Shown here piece by piece: positions 1 to 7,281 of a stretch of 35,305 nt of DNA. The position numbers were made by a program, and so were the translations under genes. Position 1 is the first letter of the stretch. Every line of letters begins with the position of its first letter. This DNA is from an archaeon (GTDB taxonomy: Archaea > Undinarchaeota > Undinarchaeia > Undinarchaeales > JALTGF01). The stretch is from assembly GCA_027077325.1 (NCBI GenBank), contig JALTGF010000040.1, forward strand, positions 1 through 35,305. Direction: 5' to 3'. A model generated the notes under the pieces. That model was given only the letters and a program-made list of their open reading frames with translations. It did no database searches and was not told the DNA's origin.

Positions 1-1
1 A

Positions 2-595
2 ATTTCCATCCTTTCTGAAAACAAAGAAAGCTTCATGTTTCACACCCCAAACATTGAAATTACAAAGCTCCAGGCAGAAGCAATTGGCCTTCCTCTAATC
101 CAAAAGCTCACGCCGGGGGAAAAAGAAAAAGAGCTTGAGGATTTGAAAGCCGCGATTCAGGAAGCAAAAGAAAAATTCGGGATTGGAGGCGTTGTGACCG
201 GCGCGATTGAGTCCGTTTACCAGGCCTCGCGCGTGCAAAGAATTTGCAATGACCTAAACCTTTGGTGCTTTAATCCTCTTTGGCTAAAAGGCCAGGAATC
301 CCTGCTTTATGAAATCCTAAAAAACAATTTTAAAGTAATTATCTCTGGGGTTTTTGCTTATCCCCTTAACAAAGAATGGCTCGGCCGCGCGCTGGATGAA
401 GAAACTGTAGAGGAACTTGTTAAACTTCGCGAGAAATACAAGATAAGCCCTTCCGGCGAGGGCGGGGAAATTGAAACAACTGTTCTGGATGCACCGTTTT
501 TCAAAAAGAGTATTGAGATTCTTGAATCAGAAGTAAAGGCAGGCAGGGACTCAGGAATTTTTATAATAAAGAAAGCGAGGCTGGCTGAAAAATGA
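2..595 (+). CDS. Diphthine-ammonia ligase-like N-type ATP pyrophosphatase (MJ0570/PH1257, Dph6 family); C-terminal part, 5' end lies outside the window
   Basis: The frame is open from position 2 (ISILSENKESFMFHTPN...). ESFMFHTPN, GEKEKELEDLK, GAIESVYQ..R and GEGGEIET.VLD closely resemble the Pyrococcus PH1257/MJ0570 family as I recall it. Confidence 0.8.
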   Translation: MSILSENKESFMFHTPNIEITKLQAEAIGLPLIQKLTPGEKEKELEDLKAAIQEAKEKFGIGGVVTGAIESVYQASRVQRICNDLNLWCFNPLWLKGQESLLYEILKNNFKVIISGVFAYPLNKEWLGRALDEETVEELVKLREKYKISPSGEGGEIETTVLDAPFFKKSIEILESEVKAGRDSGIFIIKKARLAEK

Positions 596-1122
596 TTCTG
601 GTTGTTGATATGAACCAAAAGGAAAATTCGCTTGCGTTTTCTGAATTCGTGGAGCCAATTGTTTCACTTGCCGGGAACTGCGAAGTAAGGCATTACTTAA
701 ATTTGCCGCAGGACTTTAGCAAGTATGAAAAGGTAATCCTCTGCGGCGCGCCTTTAAAAGATGTTGCTTATCTTGACCATTTGGAAAAGTTTCAATGGCT
801 GAAAACTTTTAAAGGAAAAGTCCTCGGAATCTGCGCCGGCGCGCAGGTGATTGCTCTTGTTTTTGGCTCCTCTGTAAAAAAGTGCACAGAAATTGGGATG
901 ACTGAAATTGAAACATTAAAGGAAAATTCATTGTTTTCCTCAAAGTTCGAGGCATACGAGCTTCACAACCTCTCATTTGAGCCCTCTGAAAATTTTGAAG
1001 TCCTTGCAAAATCAGAAAAATGCGCCCAGGCAATAAAGCACAAGAAAAAGGAAATTTACGGGGTTTTATTTCATCCAGAGGTTAGGAATAAGGAAGTGAT
1101 TAGGAAATTTTTAGAATTATAA
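592..1122 (+). CDS. Class I glutamine amidotransferase (GuaA subunit A-like GATase1)
   Basis: Nucleophile elbow LGICAGAQ and the His/Glu pair in GVLFHPEV are present, and the size (~176 aa) is typical of stand-alone GATase subunits. There is a 4-nt ATGA overlap with the upstream Dph6-like gene. Confidence 0.75.
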   Translation: MILVVDMNQKENSLAFSEFVEPIVSLAGNCEVRHYLNLPQDFSKYEKVILCGAPLKDVAYLDHLEKFQWLKTFKGKVLGICAGAQVIALVFGSSVKKCTEIGMTEIETLKENSLFSSKFEAYELHNLSFEPSENFEVLAKSEKCAQAIKHKKKEIYGVLFHPEVRNKEVIRKFLEL

Positions 1123-1123
1123 G

Positions 1124-1323
1124 AGCCCCGAGGGAGAGTTGAACTCCCGACCTCCTGTTTGCTTGAGCCTTATGCGAGCGCGCTTGCGCGCGAGCCATGC
1201 TATCTCGCGAAGCGAGTGTAGCACATTTTTCGCCAGCCTTTTCAGGATGGCGCAAGCACTTACCCGTTCACATGTTAAAAGGCTGTACAAGACAGGCGCT
1301 CTAGCCAGCTGAGCTATCGAGGC
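1124..1323 (-). tRNA. tRNA-Thr(UGU) with a 126-nt intron at 37/38
   Basis: On the minus strand, exons 1323-1286 and 1159-1124 join into a full cloverleaf. Acceptor is GCCTCGA/TCGGGGC, D stem GCTC/GAGC, anticodon stem CCTGT/ACAGG, loop CTTGTAA, T arm GGGAG-TTCAACT-CTCCC, discriminator T. No CCA is encoded. Confidence 0.9.
1160..1285 (-). other. tRNA-Thr intron (126 nt) with a canonical bulge-helix-bulge motif
   Basis: Hand fold: central helix CUUG (nt 32-35) pairs with CAAG (intron nt 121-124). The 3-nt bulges are UA|C and CA|A. The outer helix is AGCC (intron 2-5) with GGCU (intron 117-120). The intron is GC-rich relative to its flanks. Confidence 0.85.
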
Positions 1324-1405
1324 AATATCTTGTCTCTAATTATTGAGTTATTATTTATATAATTATATTATGTTAATCTTATGTTCCGCCTGTAATTATA
1401 TAAGG

Positions 1406-1528
1406 CGCTGAGGCCAGGATTTACAGCTCGCAAGCGAACTTAAGTTCACTTCGCGCACATTTGAACCTGGAATCCCAGAGGGAACTGGTTTTCGAGACCA
1501 GCGCAATCCCGGATTCTGCCACCTCAGC
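1406..1528 (-). tRNA. tRNA-Ser(CGA), type II, with a 40-nt intron inside the T-loop
   Basis: Minus strand: acceptor GCTGAGG/CCTCAGC, D stem GCAG/TTGC, anticodon stem CTGGT/ACCAG, loop CTCGAAA, long variable arm TCCC-TCT-GGGA. The T stem CCAGG/CCTGG is interrupted after TTCAAA. Confidence 0.85.
1420..1459 (-). other. Non-canonical tRNA-Ser intron (about position 59/60, T-loop)
   Basis: Removing 1420-1459 restores the T-loop TTCAAAT. A relaxed BHB can be drawn: central helix TTCA/TGTA with one U-U mismatch, two AA|U bulges, outer helix GUGCGCG../..CGCUUGCGAGC. An AAAT duplication makes the exact junction ambiguous by up to 4 nt. Confidence 0.65.
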
Positions 1529-1612
1529 ATTTTATCAAAGTTTTCTTTTCCACTCAGTAATTAAGTTAATTAAATAATTAATTTGTCTTTAATAAAAAAC
1601 ACTTCCCAAAAA

Positions 1613-2500
1613 TCACGACGACTTGATCAGTGCCCACTCAAAATCTTTCAGGTCCCCTGTTTTTGATCTCTTGAATACCTTTGCGCGGCCTTCCTTTTCA
1701 AGGGCATAAAGCTCGTTTAGTATCAAGTTGTCATTTGCGCGCAAAATCCTTGAAAGCTGCCTTGGTGAGTATGCTCTTGAGCTAAGGGCTTTTATAATTA
1801 AGTCCCGCAACTCTGATTTTGCTGGCCTTTGGACCTCTTCTAACTTGGGGGCTTTTTTAACTTTAATTGCCTTGAACTTGCTTTCAAGTTTCAGGATGTT
1901 CTTGTCAAGGTTTGTGTAAAGTTTCTCCCTAGTAAGCAGGTCGTTTCCAACAAGTGCCTTAAATAACTCATAGCTTCCTGAATCTGAGCTTGCATTAACT
2001 ACCTCAATCCCAAACTTGCTTGCAAGGGCTTTTGCATATTCTGAAATTGGCCTGTTTGTTACAAGCACGCACAGTCCTGGCAAAGTGTCAAGAGAAAGCC
2101 CAATCATGTCCCTAACAATTCTTGAGTCAGTCCTGTTTGAGCGCTCTTCGTTTATTTGCCTGCACTCAATTATTATGTCTGGGTTCTTGTCGCGCGGAGG
2201 CATCCTGTGCACTCCTTTAAATAGGACAAAGTCAGGAATATGTATTACTCCTGATTCTCCCCTTAAAAGCATTCTGTACCAAATGCTAAATGATTCGCCT
2301 TCGGAATGTATAACCGAAAGCGGGGGCGCATCTGGTTTTGCCATTGGCTTAAGTGATGCAGGGCTCTCAAATTTAAATTCCTCGCCTAAAAAATTAAGGG
2401 TTTTCTCAGTAATGTCCTCTTTTTCTTTCTGTTTTTCCCCAATAAACTCAATTGGCTCTTCTTCCTTTTCTTCTTTCTTTGACAAAAAGTTAAGTTTCAT
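1613..2500 (-). CDS. Hypothetical protein with a PD-(D/E)XK nuclease-like core and a C-terminal winged-helix domain
   Basis: The motif HIPDFVLF...(22 aa)...DIIIECRQ fits D...ExK/R of the restriction-endonuclease fold. The C-terminal SELRDLIIKALSS..SPRQLSRIL...LYALEKEGR looks like a wHTH. The N-terminus is acidic and low-complexity. Function is not established. Confidence 0.5.
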   Translation of the reverse strand: MKLNFLSKKEEKEEEPIEFIGEKQKEKEDITEKTLNFLGEEFKFESPASLKPMAKPDAPPLSVIHSEGESFSIWYRMLLRGESGVIHIPDFVLFKGVHRMPPRDKNPDIIIECRQINEERSNRTDSRIVRDMIGLSLDTLPGLCVLVTNRPISEYAKALASKFGIEVVNASSDSGSYELFKALVGNDLLTREKLYTNLDKNILKLESKFKAIKVKKAPKLEEVQRPAKSELRDLIIKALSSRAYSPRQLSRILRANDNLILNELYALEKEGRAKVFKRSKTGDLKDFEWALIKSS

Positions 2501-2550
2501 AATAAATTTATTTAGGATAACTCTTATAAAAATCTACCTATCACTAGGAG

Positions 2551-2590
2551 AAAATAAAAAGTAAATGAGTAAGGTTTGATCCTTACTCAT
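2551..2590 (-). terminator. Hairpin plus T-tract terminator after the distal pilin gene
   Basis: A perfect 10-bp inverted repeat ATGAGTAAGG/CCTTACTCAT (2565-2574 / 2581-2590, 6-nt loop) overlaps the stop codon. It is followed on the minus strand by TTACTTTTTATTTT. Confidence 0.5.
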
Positions 2591-3026
2591 ATTTACCAGA
2601 GATCTTGCCTGTTTCCAAATAACTAAGTCCGCCTACGGTGTAATTTACTGCAACGGCTACTCCTGTATATGGTGAGCCACTTGCTCCGGATGGAACCCCT
2701 GTACATGAGATTGTCCAGTTTTCGCTTACGCCTTTTGAACCAGTGTCTCCTGTGCAGTCTGCTCCACCGACAGTAACTGAGTTAAGTGTTACAGATCTTC
2801 CTTCTTTGTCCTGGTTCACAAGTATTAGGGTCGCGTCGCCTCCAGATGTAATCTTAAAGTTTGTCCCAACATAAAACTCATCGAATCCTGTGGAGGTCTT
2901 TCCTGGGCTTGGAGTAAATACTCCTAATCTCCAAAGGGCCACTCCGACTATAATCACAATTATAATAGCCCATCCATACGTCATGAGGTACTCCATTGCA
3001 GTTTGTCCTTTTTTATTTCTGTTCAA
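2583..3026 (-). CDS. Prepilin-like protein with a class III signal peptide (candidate major pilin)
   Basis: The N-terminus NRNKKG|QTAMEYLMTYGWAIIIVIIVGVAL is a basic leader, then G-Q, Glu at +5 and a hydrophobic helix. GAGGTGA lies 5 nt upstream of TTG at 3026. The ORF-track GTG at 3035 sits inside that SD. The gene has its own TATA-like element and terminator. Confidence 0.8.
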   Translation of the reverse strand: MNRNKKGQTAMEYLMTYGWAIIIVIIVGVALWRLGVFTPSPGKTSTGFDEFYVGTNFKITSGGDATLILVNQDKEGRSVTLNSVTVGGADCTGDTGSKGVSENWTISCTGVPSGASGSPYTGVAVAVNYTVGGLSYLETGKISGKYE

Positions 3027-3057
3027 GTTTTTCACCTCACTTTGAGTTAAGATGTTT

Positions 3058-3072
3058 ACTATTTAAATTTTA
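3058..3072 (-). promoter_or_regulatory. TATA-like element (AAATTTAAATA on the minus strand) upstream of the distal pilin gene
   Basis: An A/T box lies about 30-40 nt upstream of the start codon in the 43-nt spacer after the platform gene. Confidence 0.35.
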
Positions 3073-3078
3073 CGAACC

Positions 3079-4062
3079 CTAAAATCCAATAACACTCCCA
3101 AATGATCTGACTATTAAATACCTAACAAGGAAAAATACTATCAGCCCAATTGGAACAAAAGTAATAGCATATTCAAGCCCTCGTTTTTCATTGCCCTTCT
3201 TAATTAATCCCGTTAAAAGCGCTGCAAAAAATGTTGTTATTGTTATAACTACCACTGAAAATTTTATTAAGAATTCAGATGTTAAGGAAGTTCCAAAGCC
3301 AAGCAAGGTTATTCCTGCAACTCTGCTTTGCTCAGCAATTGTTTGAATGCTTATTGATGAAGCCAATCTTGTGAGCATATCCACAAAAAAGGTTGAAATC
3401 CCAAGAAGCAACGGGGCACCAATAAGTGACGCAAAAACAACAAAGAGTGAATACATCGCAACATTTGCTCGCATCTCTTTTTGAAGCATATCAAGTGCCC
3501 TAATCTCGGCTGCGGTTTCTGTTAGCAGTTGTGCAAGTTCTCCTCCTGAGTTCATCCCTTCTACAATTAGACCAACTGTCCTCTTAAGAATTCTTGACTT
3601 AACTCGTTTGCTCATGTTTTTAAATGCATTTTCAATGCTAGTCCCTCCTAGTGTTTCTGATCCTGCCTTTTTTATTTCCTGTTCAAGCTGCCCAAATTCT
3701 GGCCTTGCAGAAAGCCAAATCGCGCGGTCTGGGGTCATTCCTGCTCTTATGTTTGCAGCTATCAATTGAAGCGCACTTGGAAGCATCTTTTCAATTGCTC
3801 TTGCACGCTTATCTGCAGAAATACTCAAATTTAATATGCTTGATAAGATGACTAATGGTGTAACAACTGCAAATAAAATTGCACAAGTTAATATGCCAAT
3901 TCTTGTAATAAAAAACAAGACCAGTGCCAGCAATGCGGAAACAACAAAACTAAATACGCTTTTGTTTAATAGCCACTTTCTAGCAGGATATCCCTTTCCT
4001 GCATAAATTAAGAGTTTCTGAATCTTCTCTATTCTTTTTGATTTTGTGCTTCTATTCTTCAT
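3079..4062 (-). CDS. Type II secretion system F-domain membrane protein (TadC/FlaJ-like pilus platform subunit)
   Basis: Polytopic membrane protein with the T2SSF signature region LPSALQLIAANIRAGMTPDRAI...GGELAQLL. There is a 4-nt overlap with the upstream T2SSF gene. Confidence 0.85.
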   Translation of the reverse strand: MKNRSTKSKRIEKIQKLLIYAGKGYPARKWLLNKSVFSFVVSALLALVLFFITRIGILTCAILFAVVTPLVILSSILNLSISADKRARAIEKMLPSALQLIAANIRAGMTPDRAIWLSARPEFGQLEQEIKKAGSETLGGTSIENAFKNMSKRVKSRILKRTVGLIVEGMNSGGELAQLLTETAAEIRALDMLQKEMRANVAMYSLFVVFASLIGAPLLLGISTFFVDMLTRLASSISIQTIAEQSRVAGITLLGFGTSLTSEFLIKFSVVVITITTFFAALLTGLIKKGNEKRGLEYAITFVPIGLIVFFLVRYLIVRSFGSVIGF

Positions 4063-4952
4063 GGTCCCACCAATGGTCTTTTTGTTTTCATAAAGCTAAG
4101 GAAGAAAACTTGGAAAAATACCAAGAAAATCAGCAAAAAATAAAAGATGCCTTTCCCAGCAAAAGTGCTCGCAAAGGCGCTAATGACTATGAAAAATGTT
4201 ATCCCCAAAGACGGGAGAATAATTGCGAGCATCATATACATCATCGTCCAGGGATTCATCTCTCTCCCATATTTTCTTATTGTGAGAAGTTGGTCTCTTT
4301 CAAAATTAGCAACAAGCGCCTCAAGCGTCGTGCTAATTTCTGAGCCGGCCTTCAATGCGTTGGATATTTGCCATATGATTTGCCTCAGCTTTAGTGATGG
4401 GTTTTCAAGTGATGCTTTTTCAAGTGCCTTTTGCTCCGTGAGGCCAGCATTTACTTCCTTTATTACTTTCTGAAACTCTTCTGAAACAATTCCGTAGCTC
4501 CCGCGGGCAACACTTGCCATTGCATCAAATAATGTTATCCCTGACTTAACCTCAATTAGCATATGCCTAAGTGCAAATAAAAGATCTCGCTCAAGAATCC
4601 TTACCCTGTGCCTGGCAGTAACGGCGGGATACGTTATTAAGTATAAAAAGCTCATCAATGTTAATGATCCAGAAACAAGAAATATAATACCTAAATTTTG
4701 CATAATTGGCTTTTTGCTTATGACAACCACGAGCAGTAGCAATCCTGTTGAAACTAAAAACCAGAAAATTGTTGAAAACAAAGTTATAGCAAGATACACT
4801 TCTGGCTTAATATTAATCCTGCCCTGTAGCAAATCTTTTTTTATGTTTGGGAACTGCCTCAGCATTTTTGAGCCAATTCCAACAAATCTTGAACTAAGTC
4901 TCTTTGCTTTTCCAATGCTAAATGGCACAAATGGAATACTTTTTGTTTTCAT
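4059..4952 (-). CDS. Type II secretion system F-domain membrane protein (TadB/FlaJ-like pilus platform subunit)
   Basis: T2SSF-like region LFALRHMLIEVKSGITLFDAMASVA...ALKAGSEISTTLE with flanking TM helices. There is a 4-nt overlap with the ATPase gene. Confidence 0.85.
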   Translation of the reverse strand: MKTKSIPFVPFSIGKAKRLSSRFVGIGSKMLRQFPNIKKDLLQGRINIKPEVYLAITLFSTIFWFLVSTGLLLLVVVISKKPIMQNLGIIFLVSGSLTLMSFLYLITYPAVTARHRVRILERDLLFALRHMLIEVKSGITLFDAMASVARGSYGIVSEEFQKVIKEVNAGLTEQKALEKASLENPSLKLRQIIWQISNALKAGSEISTTLEALVANFERDQLLTIRKYGREMNPWTMMYMMLAIILPSLGITFFIVISAFASTFAGKGIFYFLLIFLVFFQVFFLSFMKTKRPLVGP

Positions 4953-6487
4953 ATTTTCTTAATTATCTTGTATGGCGTAATGTTTTTCTTTACCCCTTCC
5001 AGGATTTGGTCTTCATCAATGTAATATGAACTTACAATTCTTCCTATCCTGTCTATGTCCCTGACATTGTTTTTAAGCATCCACTTTAAGATGTCTTGTT
5101 TTTCTTTCAAATTCCTGTTAATCTCTTTTTGAGTCATCCCTGCGCGCATTTCAAGCTCTTTCATGATTCTCTCACTTGGATTTACTGAAATTATCTTATC
5201 GCTTCTTGGCTGCCATTTATAAAGCAAGTTAAACTTTATTTTAAGCCCTTCTACGGTTTCTTCAGGAATCTCAACCTCTGCTACCTGAAAAGTTCTCCTT
5301 ATGTTTAGCCTTCTCTGCCTGAATTGAACCAGTACTAAGTGAAGTGCTTCTAACATTTCTTCTGGAACCATAATTGGCGGATTTATAAATCTCCTGTAAA
5401 CTTGTGAAACGGTATTTGCGTGGAAGGTTGAATAAACTGAGTGCCCTGTGTGCATTGCCTCAAAGAGAACTTCTGCTTCCTTTGCTCTCCTAACTTCGCC
5501 CACAATTACCCTGTCCGGCCTCATTCTCAATGAGTTTATCATAAGGTCAATCATCCCTATCTCCCCTTTTCCTTCCGGATTTGGAGACCTTGTAACCATT
5601 GGGATCCAGTGCAAGAACTTTGGCAATTGAAGTTCGCGAGTATCTTCTATTGATATTATCCTCTGATTTGGAGGGATAAACGATGTTAGTGCATTTAGCA
5701 TTGAAGTTTTCCCGGAGCCAGTTCCCCCCGCAATTAGCAAGTTTAATTCGTTTTGTATGCTAAACCAAAGCAGTGCTGCAAGGTCAATGCTCAAGCTGTT
5801 TATTTTTGGGTCTATAAAGTCAATAACCGTCCAAGGTGTCCTAGCAAATTTTCTTATTGTTAATGTGTTGCCTTTTGTGGATATTGGAAACAATGTAGCA
5901 TTTACCCTGTCCCCATTTGGAAGGCGTGCGTCCATCAAGGGCGTTAAATTTGTGATTGCTTTTCCAACTCTTCTGCCAATCACAGATGCAAAATTGTGCG
6001 TTTGCATCTCGCTTTCAACTTTAATATTTGTTTTCAGCCATCCATACTTTTTGTGATATATCCATACTGGCTCCTCTGCAGTGTTTATTACAATTTCCTC
6101 AATGTTGTCATCATAAAATAAGGGCTCAATCTGTCCAAGCCCAAGCATCTTGTGAATTAGGTAGTTCAGCAAAGTGCTTTTTGTCTTCTTGCTAATTCCA
6201 GGTATTTCAGTTTCAATTAGTTTTTCGGCAGCTTTTTTGTATTTCTCTTTTAACTCCTCGTATGCTTTTGGATCTAAAATTTCCTCAATCTTTACTTTTA
6301 CTTCTCTAATCAACCTGTTCCTTATCTCTTCTAAGAGGGCCAGGGTTGCCGGTTCTATTTTCGGAAGCTCGCACTTGTAATTTAAAACAAAATCTTTTGG
6401 GTCTCTAAAAATCTTAATGTTTATTAAAGAGCCCTCTGCATTTATTGTATATTCCTCTAACACCTTTCCAGTGTTGCTTTTTTTCAT
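4949..6487 (-). CDS. Type IV pilus/archaellum-family secretion ATPase (FlaI/TadA/VirB11-like)
   Basis: Walker A is GGTGSGKTS, the Asp box is IISIEDTRELQL, Walker B is PDRVIVGEVR and the His box is GHSVYSTFHAN. Size is 512 aa. Confidence 0.92.
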   Translation of the reverse strand: MKKSNTGKVLEEYTINAEGSLINIKIFRDPKDFVLNYKCELPKIEPATLALLEEIRNRLIREVKVKIEEILDPKAYEELKEKYKKAAEKLIETEIPGISKKTKSTLLNYLIHKMLGLGQIEPLFYDDNIEEIVINTAEEPVWIYHKKYGWLKTNIKVESEMQTHNFASVIGRRVGKAITNLTPLMDARLPNGDRVNATLFPISTKGNTLTIRKFARTPWTVIDFIDPKINSLSIDLAALLWFSIQNELNLLIAGGTGSGKTSMLNALTSFIPPNQRIISIEDTRELQLPKFLHWIPMVTRSPNPEGKGEIGMIDLMINSLRMRPDRVIVGEVRRAKEAEVLFEAMHTGHSVYSTFHANTVSQVYRRFINPPIMVPEEMLEALHLVLVQFRQRRLNIRRTFQVAEVEIPEETVEGLKIKFNLLYKWQPRSDKIISVNPSERIMKELEMRAGMTQKEINRNLKEKQDILKWMLKNNVRDIDRIGRIVSSYYIDEDQILEGVKKNITPYKIIKKI

Positions 6488-6488
6488 C

Positions 6489-7247
6489 TCAAATCTTTAA
6501 AATATCTTTTATTTTCCTAGAAATTTTTCTTTTATCAAGTTTTTTAGATTCTTTCTCAACCTCTCTTATTTCTTCTTCTATTTCTGATACCTCTGATTTC
6601 ATCTCTCCAACTTCTTTTGGAATTTCTTTCTTCTCTTTCTTTATATGGGACAATGCACCTTGCACTTTCTCTGCTTTACTCAAATCTCCATCCAACTCTT
6701 TTAGTATATGTGATAATTCCTTTTCAGTTTCATCCATCTCCTTTTTATCTGCTTCAAGTTTGCTTAGTATTCTCTCTTCCTCGCTCTCAGCCTTTTCAAC
6801 GCTTGCTTCAACTTCTGATAATTCTTCTCTCATACTTTTAACATCTTTTTCAAATTTTTCAAGCTCATCAACTTTTTCTGATAGGTTTGAGGTTAACTCT
6901 TTTACCTCTTCTCTTTTTGGAACTGAAACTGTTGTTGCTGTTTTACTTTCCTTTGTAGAAATCCCAAACTCATCCTCTAGTTCTTTCTTGCGCTCCTTTA
7001 AAGAAGAAACGCGCTTAGATATCTCTGCTTTCTTTTTAGAAATCGTAGAAACAATCTCGGGCTCACCAACAGTTGGGTAATAAACCTCTATGCCTGTTTC
7101 CTCCTTATGTTTGTCTAAAATATATGCCCACTCTTTAACCTTCTCAGGAGGAACTCCCAGGATTTTTGCTGCCTCTCCAAAACTTAGTTTACCTTTCCTA
7201 ATAACTTCATCAACAAATTCGTCTATTTTTGTTTCAACTATTGCCAT
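6489..7247 (-). CDS. Hypothetical protein with an N-terminal HTH-like domain and a long Glu/Lys-rich coiled coil; pilus-operon accessory protein
   Basis: GKLSFGEAAKILGVPPEKVKEWAYIL resembles an HTH. The remaining ~170 aa are heptad-like and E/K-rich. The gene ends 1 nt before the ATPase start codon. Confidence 0.6.
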   Translation of the reverse strand: MAIVETKIDEFVDEVIRKGKLSFGEAAKILGVPPEKVKEWAYILDKHKEETGIEVYYPTVGEPEIVSTISKKKAEISKRVSSLKERKKELEDEFGISTKESKTATTVSVPKREEVKELTSNLSEKVDELEKFEKDVKSMREELSEVEASVEKAESEEERILSKLEADKKEMDETEKELSHILKELDGDLSKAEKVQGALSHIKKEKKEIPKEVGEMKSEVSEIEEEIREVEKESKKLDKRKISRKIKDILKI

Positions 7248-7261
7248 CTTGCTAAATTTTA

Positions 7262-7281
7262 AGAGTCCTGCTTATTTATAT
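7262..7281 (-). promoter_or_regulatory. Possible internal promoter (TATAAATAA on the minus strand) ahead of the coiled-coil/ATPase/platform genes
   Basis: This 34-nt spacer is one of only two real gaps in the operon (the other is 3036-3078, ahead of the distal pilin gene). The TATA-like box lies about 25-33 nt upstream of the ATG at 7247. Confidence 0.3.

Noticed and set aside
1160-1285. Possible box C/D sRNA embedded in the long tRNA-Thr intron, by analogy with haloarchaeal tRNA-Trp.
   Set aside because: Only AUGUGA (not RUGAUGA) and a single CUGA are present, and they are 21 nt apart rather than about 12. There is no C'/D' pair or terminal kink-turn arrangement.
2016-2564. 182-aa plus-strand ORF opposite the 1613-2500 gene.
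   Set aside because: It is shorter than and nested in the 295-aa minus-strand ORF. Its composition is low-complexity Ser/Phe/Ile, and it runs into the pilin terminator hairpin. It is probably an antisense artefact.
6445-7080. 211-aa plus-strand ORF rich in Ser, Phe and Leu.
   Set aside because: It is the antisense of the E/K-rich coiled-coil gene, where GAA/AAG codons read TTC/CTT on the other strand. It breaks operon continuity and has no start context. The minus-strand gene has a structured N-terminal domain and abuts the ATPase start.
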